Assembly (NCBI GenBank): GCA_029210725.1
Contig: JARGFM010000001.1
Span: 145,530-209,529 of the forward strand
Direction of reading: 5' to 3'
Origin: Bacteroidales bacterium
GTDB lineage: Bacteria; Bacteroidota; Bacteroidia; Bacteroidales; GCA-2748055
DNA length: 64,000 nucleotides
The notes beneath the pieces were generated by a model that had not been told where the DNA came from, made no database searches, and worked only from the letters and a program-made list of their open reading frames with translations. Below, piece by piece: positions 52,755-62,675 of the stretch (within the stretch, counting starts at the first letter, position 1; each line of letters opens with the position of its first letter). The position numbers and the translations under genes were made by a program.

Positions 52755-54556
52755 CGATCTCTTCCTATATAGCCCTGGGTATAATCCTGTTGATGATTGC
52801 TGCCCTGATAAAGGAGATCCTGCGCCCCGGCCTGATCCTCTTTTCTGCCCTGGTTATCTTCATGTCTTTCGGTATCCTCTCTGCAGAAGAAGCATTGTCG
52901 GGCTTCTCCAACAAGGGGATGATCACCGTCGCATTACTATTTCTGGTCAGTGAAGGAGTGAAGGAATCGGGAGTGTTGAACCGAATTGGCACACTCATTC
53001 TTCCAAAAAAACGAAAACCTATTCCCAGGCTGCTCATGCAGATTATGATCCCTGTATCGGCCATATCCGCCTTTTTAAACAACACTCCCGTGGTGATTAT
53101 TTTTGGACCCATGTTGAAAAAATGGGCCGATAAGCTCAGTTTGCCCTCCCAAAAATTCCTGATCCCCCTCTCTTATGCCACCATATTCGGGGGTACCTGC
53201 ACCCTTATCGGTACTTCAACCAATCTACTGGTACATGGTATGATGCTTGATCGGGGTATGGCCGGGTTGGGTATGTTTGAGCTGGCCAAGGTGGGGCTCT
53301 TTATTGTCTTTTTCGGTTTCATTTATATGAACCTCTTTTCTAACCGCTTACTGCCGGGAGAAAAAATCCCCAGGTTCAGTTTTCCAAACGACACCCGGGA
53401 ATATAATTTTGATCTGTATCTTCCAAAGAATTCAAATCTGATTGGGAAAGAGATTGAGAAGCGCCGGCTGCCCGGACTTGATGAATTCACGGTTCGGACA
53501 GTGATCAGGGATGGCAAGCACATACGCATCTCAAACTCTCCTTTTCAACTGGACACGGATGATGAGTTAATTGTTGCGGGAAGCTCTGAGAATGTGGGTT
53601 ACCTGACCCAGGCCACGGAAGTAAAGATGAAGGCCCTTGAGGAAGTATCCCCGGATTTCCTTAAAAAATCCCTTCGCCAGGTGGAGGTGGTACTTGCTCC
53701 CCGCTTCCCCGGAATTCAGCGCACCCTGGGTGAGTTTGATTTTTTTGGTCACTATAACGCAGTGGTCATGGCTGTGCATCGAAACGGAGAACGTATAAGC
53801 ACCAACCTGAATAAACTGGAATTAAAGGCGGGGGATAATCTGATGCTTCTGACCACAGAAGACTTCACCAGGTACTGGGGCGAATCCAGGGTCTTTTATA
53901 TGGCTACAGAAATAGGCGAAATGGATGATGCCAAGGACCGTCGCAGAAGGTGGATAGCCATGATACTGGTTTTCCTGATGATTGCCGGAGCCACTGCCGG
54001 TCAGTTCATTCCGGTACAGGGCAAACATCAGTTCGACATGTTCTTTTTTGCTGCGGTCACGATGGTACTCATGGCACTTATGAAAATATTTTCTGCTAAA
54101 AAGTACACTAAACCCATTAACTGGGATGTGTTGATCACTATCGCCTGTGCCATCGGGATCAGCAGGGCTCTGCAGAATTCCGGGGCGGCCGATTTTATTG
54201 CCCGAAGCACCATTAAACTCTCGAAAGGTTTTGGGCCCCTGGGGGTAATGGCAGCCATATTTATCATCACCAATATATTCACGGAAATCATTACCAATAA
54301 TGCCGCTGCAGCCATCACTTTCCCGATTGCTTACGCAGCAGCCATCCAGATGGGGGTGGATCCCAGACCTTTTTTCATTACCATTTGCGTGGCAGCATCT
54401 GCCAGCTTCTCTACCCCGATTGGCTACCAAACCAACCTGATTGTGCAGAGTATCGGCAACTATAAATTCAGTGATTACTGGAAAATAGGATTACCCCTGA
54501 ATATCCTGGCGCTAATCATTTCACTGCTGGTCATTCCACGATTCTGGCCTTTCTGA
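52751..54556 (+). CDS. SLC13/DASS family anion permease with two central TrkA-C domains
   Basis: 601 aa. TM bundles at both ends and a central soluble duplicated region (GKEIEKRRLPG...VIRDGK... / ...AVHRNGERI...LKAGDNLMLL). ATGA overlap with the upstream gene. Confidence 0.85.
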   Translation: MTISSYIALGIILLMIAALIKEILRPGLILFSALVIFMSFGILSAEEALSGFSNKGMITVALLFLVSEGVKESGVLNRIGTLILPKKRKPIPRLLMQIMIPVSAISAFLNNTPVVIIFGPMLKKWADKLSLPSQKFLIPLSYATIFGGTCTLIGTSTNLLVHGMMLDRGMAGLGMFELAKVGLFIVFFGFIYMNLFSNRLLPGEKIPRFSFPNDTREYNFDLYLPKNSNLIGKEIEKRRLPGLDEFTVRTVIRDGKHIRISNSPFQLDTDDELIVAGSSENVGYLTQATEVKMKALEEVSPDFLKKSLRQVEVVLAPRFPGIQRTLGEFDFFGHYNAVVMAVHRNGERISTNLNKLELKAGDNLMLLTTEDFTRYWGESRVFYMATEIGEMDDAKDRRRRWIAMILVFLMIAGATAGQFIPVQGKHQFDMFFFAAVTMVLMALMKIFSAKKYTKPINWDVLITIACAIGISRALQNSGAADFIARSTIKLSKGFGPLGVMAAIFIITNIFTEIITNNAAAAITFPIAYAAAIQMGVDPRPFFITICVAASASFSTPIGYQTNLIVQSIGNYKFSDYWKIGLPLNILALIISLLVIPRFWPF

Positions 54557-54563
54557 ACCGGAA

Positions 54564-56249
54564 CTAATAACCTGCTGCCTGCCCGTCTTTCCTGGACTCC
54601 GAAGCCCCGAAATAGACCTCATTTTTCTTATCCCACATAATAGCCTGGTAACCGCCATACCCACCGTCAGAATACTGGACCTGGTGACCTCTTTGCATCA
54701 GTCCCCTGATACTCTCATAGGAGATTCCCGATTCAAGCATAACTACTCCGCCATCGGTCATCTCTGTACCGGTTGGTTGTGAAGATCCGTCATGACGGAT
54801 TCTTGGAGCATCCCCGGCTTCCTGCAGGTTCATACCGAAATCGATCATATTAATCACAATCTGAGCATGGCCCTGGGGCTGCATGGAACCGCCCATCACT
54901 CCAAAGCTCATATAGGGTTGACCATCCTTGGTGATAAATGCAGGAATGATGGTATGAAAGGGCCTTTTACCCGGTTCATACACATTGAAATGGCCCTCCT
55001 CAAGGCTAAAAAGCTCTCCCCGGTCCTGAAGGATAAAACCAAGTCCGGGCGGGCACATCCCCGAACCCAGTCCGCGAAAATTACTCTGAATCAGCGAAAT
55101 CATATTACCCTTCCCATCCGCGACCGTCATATAGATGGTATTCCCGTGCTCCATCTCACCAGCATCCAGATTGCGGGAAGCCCTTTGAGGGTCTATCAGC
55201 TCTGTTCTTTTTGCCGCATACTCTTTTGAGATGAGCTGGCCAACGGGCAGGGCATTAAATGCCGGGTCGGCATAGTACTTTGCCCTGTCTTCAAATGCCA
55301 GTTTCTTGGCCTCAACAAAATGATGGATGTACTCACTGCTGCCAAATCCCATGGAAGCAATATCAAAGTGCTCCAGAATATTCAGGATCTGGAGAGCCGC
55401 AATGCCCTGGCCGTTGGGGGGCAATTCCCAGATATCGTATCCGCGGTAATTGGAACTAACCGGCTCTACCCACTCGGATGTATGACTGGCCAGATCTTCA
55501 TAGGACAGAAATCCTCCCTGCTCCTTCATAAATGCATCGATCGTCCTGGCGATCTCCCCTTTATAGAAGACATCCCGTCCCCCCTCGGCAATCTTCTGAA
55601 GGGTGGAGGCCAGATAGGGGTTTTTGAATATCTCCCCTTTTTCGGGAGACTTTCCTCCCGGCATATATACTTCCTTCACATTGGGATACTGGCTTAGAAA
55701 ACTGGCTGAAGTCCAGTAATGGGCGATGAGTTCAGTAAGCGGAAAACCTTCTCTGGCATAAGTGATTGCCGGACTGAGTATCGCCTCCATATTCATGGTC
55801 CCAAAACGTTTATGCAGTTCGAACCACCCATCCACACAACCAGGAACAGATACGGGAAGCGGTCCGTAGGCGGGAATTTTTTGATAAGCATTTTCCTTGA
55901 AAAAATCCAAAGTCAGAGAACGGGGCGACCTTCCGCTGGCATTCAGGCCATACAGGCGCTCTGTTTCTGCATCCCATACGATGGCAAACAAATCCCCGCC
56001 TATTCCGTTTCCGGTGGGTTCAACCAGTCCAAGCAGTGCATTTGCAGCAATAGCCGCATCCACTGCATTCCCTCCCGCTTTCAATATATCTAGAGCCACC
56101 TGAGTCGCCAGGGGCTGACTGGTGCAAGCCATTCCATGCCGGGCAATCACTTCGGAACGCGTAGCAAATGGCAAACCGGTCATTCTGTCCTGTCCGAAGG
56201 AGGTATTGAAGAGCAGTGTAAGGCTTAAACTAATAAGAAAATTTTTCAT
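54564..56249 (-). CDS. ggt: gamma-glutamyltransferase
   Basis: 561 aa. Signal peptide, 'GGNAVDAAIA', an autoprocessing region around 'HGNTIYMTVADGKGN', and the C-terminal 'GGMGGSMQPQGHAQ' pattern (here GVMGGSMQPQGHAQ). Confidence 0.92.
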   Translation of the reverse strand: MKNFLISLSLTLLFNTSFGQDRMTGLPFATRSEVIARHGMACTSQPLATQVALDILKAGGNAVDAAIAANALLGLVEPTGNGIGGDLFAIVWDAETERLYGLNASGRSPRSLTLDFFKENAYQKIPAYGPLPVSVPGCVDGWFELHKRFGTMNMEAILSPAITYAREGFPLTELIAHYWTSASFLSQYPNVKEVYMPGGKSPEKGEIFKNPYLASTLQKIAEGGRDVFYKGEIARTIDAFMKEQGGFLSYEDLASHTSEWVEPVSSNYRGYDIWELPPNGQGIAALQILNILEHFDIASMGFGSSEYIHHFVEAKKLAFEDRAKYYADPAFNALPVGQLISKEYAAKRTELIDPQRASRNLDAGEMEHGNTIYMTVADGKGNMISLIQSNFRGLGSGMCPPGLGFILQDRGELFSLEEGHFNVYEPGKRPFHTIIPAFITKDGQPYMSFGVMGGSMQPQGHAQIVINMIDFGMNLQEAGDAPRIRHDGSSQPTGTEMTDGGVVMLESGISYESIRGLMQRGHQVQYSDGGYGGYQAIMWDKKNEVYFGASESRKDGQAAGY

Positions 56250-56384
56250 GACTGATAATGGGTTTATGGACTTTTATTCGATACTAAAATACAAAAAAAC
56301 CTGTCCGCCAACGCGAACAGGCTCTCTTATATGATTTTCAGCCGGCCTTTAAAACCCAACCGTCTAAAGGCTGCCAAAGCCTCT

Positions 56385-57398
56385 TTACTTATCCTTTAAC
56401 TTATACACCCTTACCCAGTCGATCTCCATGGCGGAGGGGAGCCCTGCCCCGGAAGCATCCTTCTTCAGGCTGGAAGAGAAATTAATATACATCTCTTCCT
56501 GTGGAACCCCTGAGGTCTGGGTCTTAAATACCTTTCCGTTGATCTTCCAGGTCAGTTTATTGGGTGTCCATTCCAGAGTATAGATGAAATACTCATCCGC
56601 ATACTTGTGTCCCCTGGTTTTTGAGACAGATCTGTTGGGAGATGCGCTTGAACCCCAGAAGTAGTTGGAGTAGTGTTTACCATTTTCGAATCTGGCCACA
56701 TCTATATGCGGAAGCATGGTCTCCGACACCATCCAGAAGGCCTGGGCTAATGCAGTACCGGCCATTTTTATTTTTGCATGAAATACCCCGTATTTCTGAC
56801 TGAAGCTCCTGGCTGTGTTAATCAGTCCCGAAGTATAATCAAAATCCTCGCGGACAAATCCCTGCTCGGGCCTCCAAACCAGGCCAGACGTTTTACCCTC
56901 TTTTGTAACGATTCGTGCCTTGTTGTCATAAAACTCGATGTTCTCCCCATTGGTGGGAAAGCTAAGATCATCCTCCATGGCATAGGGCTCATTCAGGCTC
57001 TTCTCGCCCCAGAAGTGCTGAGTCATCCATTTTGATCGATCCAGTTTACCCTCATTAAATTTCTCGTCAAAAGTGAGATCCCATCTCTCAATTTCTTTAA
57101 AAGGATATTTCTTTTTTGTCCTGTAATACCACACAAGCTGCCCGGATTTTTTCAGGACCTGATATTCTGTCTCCCTTTGAAACTCTTCAGAATCTTTATA
57201 GGCAGCCCTTTTCATCTTCTTCTTCCGAACCTTGAAAGCATTCGATTTCACTTCCTTTTCAAGTTCAAGGTAATGCTTCAATTCATCCGAATTTTCATAA
57301 TCCCTGAAAGCTTCATAATCAGCTCTCAGTTTATCATCTGCTGTTTCCACCTTCTCGGTACTGGGTACCATTCCAAGTAAAAAACTTAAACTCGCCAT
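56385..57398 (-). CDS. GH16-like concanavalin-fold protein with atypical catalytic strand, no signal peptide
   Basis: The C-terminal 230 aa has a GH16-like layout (SGLINTARSF...YGVFHAKIKM...AFWMVSE...YTLEWTPNKLTWKING...MEIDWVRVYK). The expected E-I-D-I-x-E strand instead reads PHIDVARFE. Confidence 0.6.
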   Translation of the reverse strand: MASLSFLLGMVPSTEKVETADDKLRADYEAFRDYENSDELKHYLELEKEVKSNAFKVRKKKMKRAAYKDSEEFQRETEYQVLKKSGQLVWYYRTKKKYPFKEIERWDLTFDEKFNEGKLDRSKWMTQHFWGEKSLNEPYAMEDDLSFPTNGENIEFYDNKARIVTKEGKTSGLVWRPEQGFVREDFDYTSGLINTARSFSQKYGVFHAKIKMAGTALAQAFWMVSETMLPHIDVARFENGKHYSNYFWGSSASPNRSVSKTRGHKYADEYFIYTLEWTPNKLTWKINGKVFKTQTSGVPQEEMYINFSSSLKKDASGAGLPSAMEIDWVRVYKLKDK

Positions 57399-57459
57399 AA
57401 CAATATCAATTCTGAAACAGGTTAATACTCAACATATAGTGACTAAAGATATAAAAAAA

Positions 57460-58050
57460 TCATCGCGAGTAGGATCTTCTCCTACTTTTAAAATAGTACA
57501 CTCCCTGAACGGAAATAATAAACTGGGAGTATTTAGAAAAGAGGTACTTTCCACTGATATTAAAATCCCATTTAGGAGCCATCCTCAACTCCAGGCCTGC
57601 ACCCAGGTTAGCTCCGATTGCAAAGTCTGAATCATCAGTAATAGTTTCATTTCCAGTAACTACAACAGGTTCAAAATCTGAATTCAGGTAGGTCAGATCG
57701 CCCCCCAGAAAAGCCACAGTCTTGACAGTTCCCTCCTGGAAGAAAGTATATTGAACATCCAGATCGCCCTGGAACATTAAATTGGTTAAAGTAAAATAAC
57801 CGGTTTCAAGTTTATACCTGTTAAAAGCGGTAACAGATGGGACGACATGAATGGTGCTTGCTTTATTCAGGGCCAGCCAGGTCTTCAGAACGACTCCCGG
57901 ATTACCCGTCTCCCCGTAATTAAAATCAACCCCCGAGGAGAAAGTAAATCCGCCGCCGACCCTGTGAATCTGTCCGGAACTACTCAGTCCCGTTGCCAAG
58001 AGTGTGACTATCAGTAAGAAGGCATTTCTGGTCGGCCAGGGAATTATCAC
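57460..58050 (-). CDS. small outer-membrane beta-barrel protein
   Basis: GTG start, signal peptide, alternating amphipathic strands, and a C-terminal YYF motif followed by a basic tail. Confidence 0.55.
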   Translation of the reverse strand: MIIPWPTRNAFLLIVTLLATGLSSSGQIHRVGGGFTFSSGVDFNYGETGNPGVVLKTWLALNKASTIHVVPSVTAFNRYKLETGYFTLTNLMFQGDLDVQYTFFQEGTVKTVAFLGGDLTYLNSDFEPVVVTGNETITDDSDFAIGANLGAGLELRMAPKWDFNISGKYLFSKYSQFIISVQGVYYFKSRRRSYSR

Positions 58051-58159
58051 TTGTCTGAAGTTTAGATGTTGATTCTACGAAAACAGGACGGTTCTGGTTT
58101 CAAATAAACACTTAAATTCCAAGCATTTTTCAGAGTGTCAACTTTCTAAATAAATTAGC

Positions 58160-58188
58160 TTGATCACTTAAAAAAAGTGCTAAATTTG
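58160..58188 (+). promoter_or_regulatory. Bacteroidota promoter of atpDC (-33 TTG at 58160-58162, -7 TAAATTTG at 58181-58188)
   Basis: Both boxes are present with 18-nt spacing, about 47 nt upstream of the atpD ATG. Confidence 0.65.
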
Positions 58189-58219
58189 TGCTTCTGAATA
58201 AATATTTATTACCGCATAA

Positions 58220-59746
<1,527 letters not shown>

Positions 59747-59752
59747 TCAGGC

Positions 59753-60001
59753 ATGATACTTGAGATTATAGCGCCGGATAAAGATTTATACTCGGGAGAA
59801 GTGGACCTGGTCCAGGTACCTGGTTCCAAGGGTTCCTTTGAAATTCTCAGGAATCATGCTCCCATTATCTCTACCCTTGAACAAGGAAAGATTAAAATCG
59901 TTGATATAAAGGGGCGTACCACTTTTTTTGAAGTGGCTGGTGGCGTAATTGAAGCAAAAAACAATAAAATCATAGTTCTTGCAGAGACAGCAAAAACATA
60001 A
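59753..60001 (+). CDS. atpC: F0F1 ATP synthase subunit epsilon (short form)
   Basis: 82 aa directly after atpD, with an N-terminal beta-sandwich pattern (LEIIAPDKDLYSGEVDLVQVPGSKGSFEILRNHAPIIS). Confidence 0.88.
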   Translation: MILEIIAPDKDLYSGEVDLVQVPGSKGSFEILRNHAPIISTLEQGKIKIVDIKGRTTFFEVAGGVIEAKNNKIIVLAETAKT

Positions 60002-60758
60002 AAGTCTCCGGAGCAAAGCAATTCAGGTTTTATCTTTTACTTGCATTCTGTTTTTATCCCTTGCTTTCAGCTCCTCCGATGCTATCCGTGTAAAGACAAT
60101 TACCTTCACTGCTGCTGATGGCCTTGAGATCACAGCAGACGAGTATATTGTCGAATCCACAAAGCCCTATATACTGTTATTTCATGAGCAGGGTTCCAGC
60201 AGAGGAGAATTTAATAACATTGCCCGCAGATTTTGTAAACTGGAATACAACTGCCTCGCGGTCGACCTTAGAAATGGGGGATACAACAATTTTGTCTCTA
60301 ACCAGACAGCCAGGCAGCTAAGGGAAGAAGGTCTTCATGCAGGCATCCATGAAGTTGAGCAGGATGTGGAGGCTGCCATCCAGTACATTCGTGAAAAATC
60401 CACTTTTCCTGTTATTCTTTTCGGAAGCGGAGCCAACGGATCGGTAAGTCTTCAAGTAGCCGTTTCAAATGCTAATGTCAGAGCCGTGGTGGCTATGAGC
60501 CCCGGAGAATACTTCCTTCCAGGGATCAAAATTCAGGATACCATTACACAACTTGAAAAACCTGTATTTATCACTTCCAGTAAAGCAGAATTTCCCTATG
60601 TTTCGGAACTGGCTTCGGGCATTCATGAGGACTACCTTACCCTGTTTGAGCCCATGCTCGGTGAAGGAGATCGAGGGACACGTTCTCTCACGGAGGAATA
60701 TGAGCAAAACACCGAGTACTGGATCGCCCTGATTCTTTTCTTCAAGGACCTTATGTAA
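59979..60758 (+). CDS. alpha/beta hydrolase (dienelactone hydrolase-like), secreted; TTG start
   Basis: Signal-like N-terminus (VLSFTCILFLSLAFSSSDA) and a nucleophile-elbow-like 'FGSGANGS'. There is no in-frame ATG near the 5' end, so the start is TTG at 59979, overlapping the atpC end. Confidence 0.6.
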   Translation: MQRQQKHKSLRSKAIQVLSFTCILFLSLAFSSSDAIRVKTITFTAADGLEITADEYIVESTKPYILLFHEQGSSRGEFNNIARRFCKLEYNCLAVDLRNGGYNNFVSNQTARQLREEGLHAGIHEVEQDVEAAIQYIREKSTFPVILFGSGANGSVSLQVAVSNANVRAVVAMSPGEYFLPGIKIQDTITQLEKPVFITSSKAEFPYVSELASGIHEDYLTLFEPMLGEGDRGTRSLTEEYEQNTEYWIALILFFKDLM

Positions 60759-61754
60759 ATGGTTAGATTCCTGGTTATCCGGTTCAGTTCTATCGGAGAC
60801 ATTATTCTTACAACTCCAGTGCTTCGTCATCTTAAGCAGCAAGTGGAAGATTGTGAGATTCATTACCTTACCAAATCGACCTATGCCACGCTCCTCGAAG
60901 CGAATCCCTACATTGACCGGATACACTCCTTCGATGGGGATATAAAATCCTGCATCGCTGCTCTGAGGCACCTGGAGATAGACTACGTCATTGATCTCCA
61001 TCGCAATTTCCGCACGGCAAGGATCAAGCAGGGATTAAAAAGAATCGATTTTTCAGTCCATAAACTGAATGTACGCAAATGGCTCCTGGTGAACCTGAAA
61101 AAGAACCTGTTGCCCGACAGGCACATGGTTGACAGAAATCTCGATACCATCAAGACCTTTATCGAGGAGCGGGATAAGCAGGGCCTAGATTACTTCATTC
61201 CCGAAGCACATGAAGTCTCTGTCGATTCGCTGCCTGAGACCTTTAAAAAAGGCTATGTGGCCCTGGCCATAGGAGCTCAGCACGAAACCAAAAAGCTTAC
61301 CCCCGAACTGCTGATCAGGCTCTGTCAAAAACTGGAGTATCCCCTGCTTATACTGGGAGGCCCGGAGGACAGAAAGACCGGAGAAATCATAATCTCCTCT
61401 CTCCCGGATAAAACAATAGTCAATGCCTGCGGATCTTACAGCATCCATCAATCAGCTTCACTTGTCAGACAGTCCAGGTTATTGATTACACACGATACCG
61501 GTCTGATGCACATCGGAGCTGCTTTTCAAAAAAAGATTATTTCCGTTTGGGGGAACACCATTCCGCGCTTCGGGATGTACCCTTACCGGGCCCACCCATC
61601 CTCTGTTCCATTTGAAGTGCAGGGCCTCCCGTGCCGGCCCTGCTCTAAAATAGGCTTTCATAAGTGTCCGAAGAAACATTTCAACTGCATGCAGAAACAG
61701 GACCTGGATGCTATTGCAGATAAAGCCGGCCAGCTCTGGCATTCTTCTTCCTGA
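60759..61754 (+). CDS. glycosyltransferase family 9 (heptosyltransferase-like)
   Basis: RFSSIGDIILTTPVLRHLK N-terminus and a C-terminal 'LITHDTGLMHIGAAF' motif. The ATG directly abuts the upstream stop (TAAATG). Confidence 0.85.
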   Translation: MVRFLVIRFSSIGDIILTTPVLRHLKQQVEDCEIHYLTKSTYATLLEANPYIDRIHSFDGDIKSCIAALRHLEIDYVIDLHRNFRTARIKQGLKRIDFSVHKLNVRKWLLVNLKKNLLPDRHMVDRNLDTIKTFIEERDKQGLDYFIPEAHEVSVDSLPETFKKGYVALAIGAQHETKKLTPELLIRLCQKLEYPLLILGGPEDRKTGEIIISSLPDKTIVNACGSYSIHQSASLVRQSRLLITHDTGLMHIGAAFQKKIISVWGNTIPRFGMYPYRAHPSSVPFEVQGLPCRPCSKIGFHKCPKKHFNCMQKQDLDAIADKAGQLWHSSS

Positions 61755-61757
61755 TCC

Positions 61758-62546
61758 CTATTGGGCAATAAATGAGTAGGTGATTATGGCTCTGTGTCTT
61801 TCGGGACCACTCAGTTCTATGCGGAACCGGGAGGACAGGGCCGCTGAAACTGCAGCATCAGAAAAACAGACCTTGTCGCTGCCAAGGATAGGTTGAAGCA
61901 CCTCTGCATCCACCACCCGGCCGTCAGGGCCAACCGCTACCTCTACTTTTACAACTCCCGATCCCTGACACCTGTATACAGGAACTGTAAGCATAAGCTT
62001 AGCCCTGCTCAGAGGTTCTTCCAGGAATTCAAAAGTAATGGATGTGGGCCCTGCATACTCCCCTGATTCTTCCTCCTCCTCTGCGGAGGGAGGGACATAG
62101 TCGGCCGAGGCAAGGATCGCTTGTAACTCCTCGAGTTTTTCACGATCCTCCTGGTTCCGGGCCTCTTCAATCTGGGACAGAAGATCCCTGACATAATCAT
62201 CTGTGGAAATATCCTGACTGAGCTTTTCCTGCACATTCAGATTTACAGCCCTGTTGCTGGAAAGCTCCCGCTGCCGAAGAATCTCCTCCATCCATTCGGC
62301 AGGGACCTCTACCCCCTCTTCTTCAAGCAACTGCTCCAGGGTCTTTTCCTCAAATTCCAGTTCTATTCCCAGCTCCTGATCGCTCTTTAATCCTTCCACT
62401 CTCACAAAAATAAAGATGATCAGTACTGCCAGGTGGAATATCAGTGTATAGAGAATGGCCACGAGGTTCTCTTTGAAAAACCTCTTTATTCCGGCTCTCC
62501 CGTAATGAAATAACTCCTCCATGCGCTGCAAAATTAAGATGTTCAT
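61758..62546 (-). CDS. membrane-anchored protein with acidic linker and TonB-C-like C-terminal domain
   Basis: One TM (LVAILYTLIFHLAVLIIFIFV), an E-rich linker, and a C-terminal 'GSGVVKVEVAVGPDGRVVDAEV' beta-rich domain. Possible start at 62522 (MEELF). Confidence 0.5.
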   Translation of the reverse strand: MNILILQRMEELFHYGRAGIKRFFKENLVAILYTLIFHLAVLIIFIFVRVEGLKSDQELGIELEFEEKTLEQLLEEEGVEVPAEWMEEILRQRELSSNRAVNLNVQEKLSQDISTDDYVRDLLSQIEEARNQEDREKLEELQAILASADYVPPSAEEEEESGEYAGPTSITFEFLEEPLSRAKLMLTVPVYRCQGSGVVKVEVAVGPDGRVVDAEVLQPILGSDKVCFSDAAVSAALSSRFRIELSGPERHRAIITYSFIAQ

Positions 62547-62675
62547 ACAACATCTCCATTATCTTAAGGATATTTCCTGAGATTAAGCTGAGAAAATATA
62601 AACATAACATGAAAAAACTCTTGACTATCAGTGCTTTGATCCTTTCACCATGATCAAGGAGTTCAAAGCGGGTAA

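Noticed and set aside
59979-60001. Overlap of the alpha/beta-hydrolase ORF with the atpC 3' end, considered as a possible frameshift or fusion
   Set aside because: The two are in different frames, and each product is complete on its own. A TTG start with a signal-peptide-like N-terminus is the simpler explanation.
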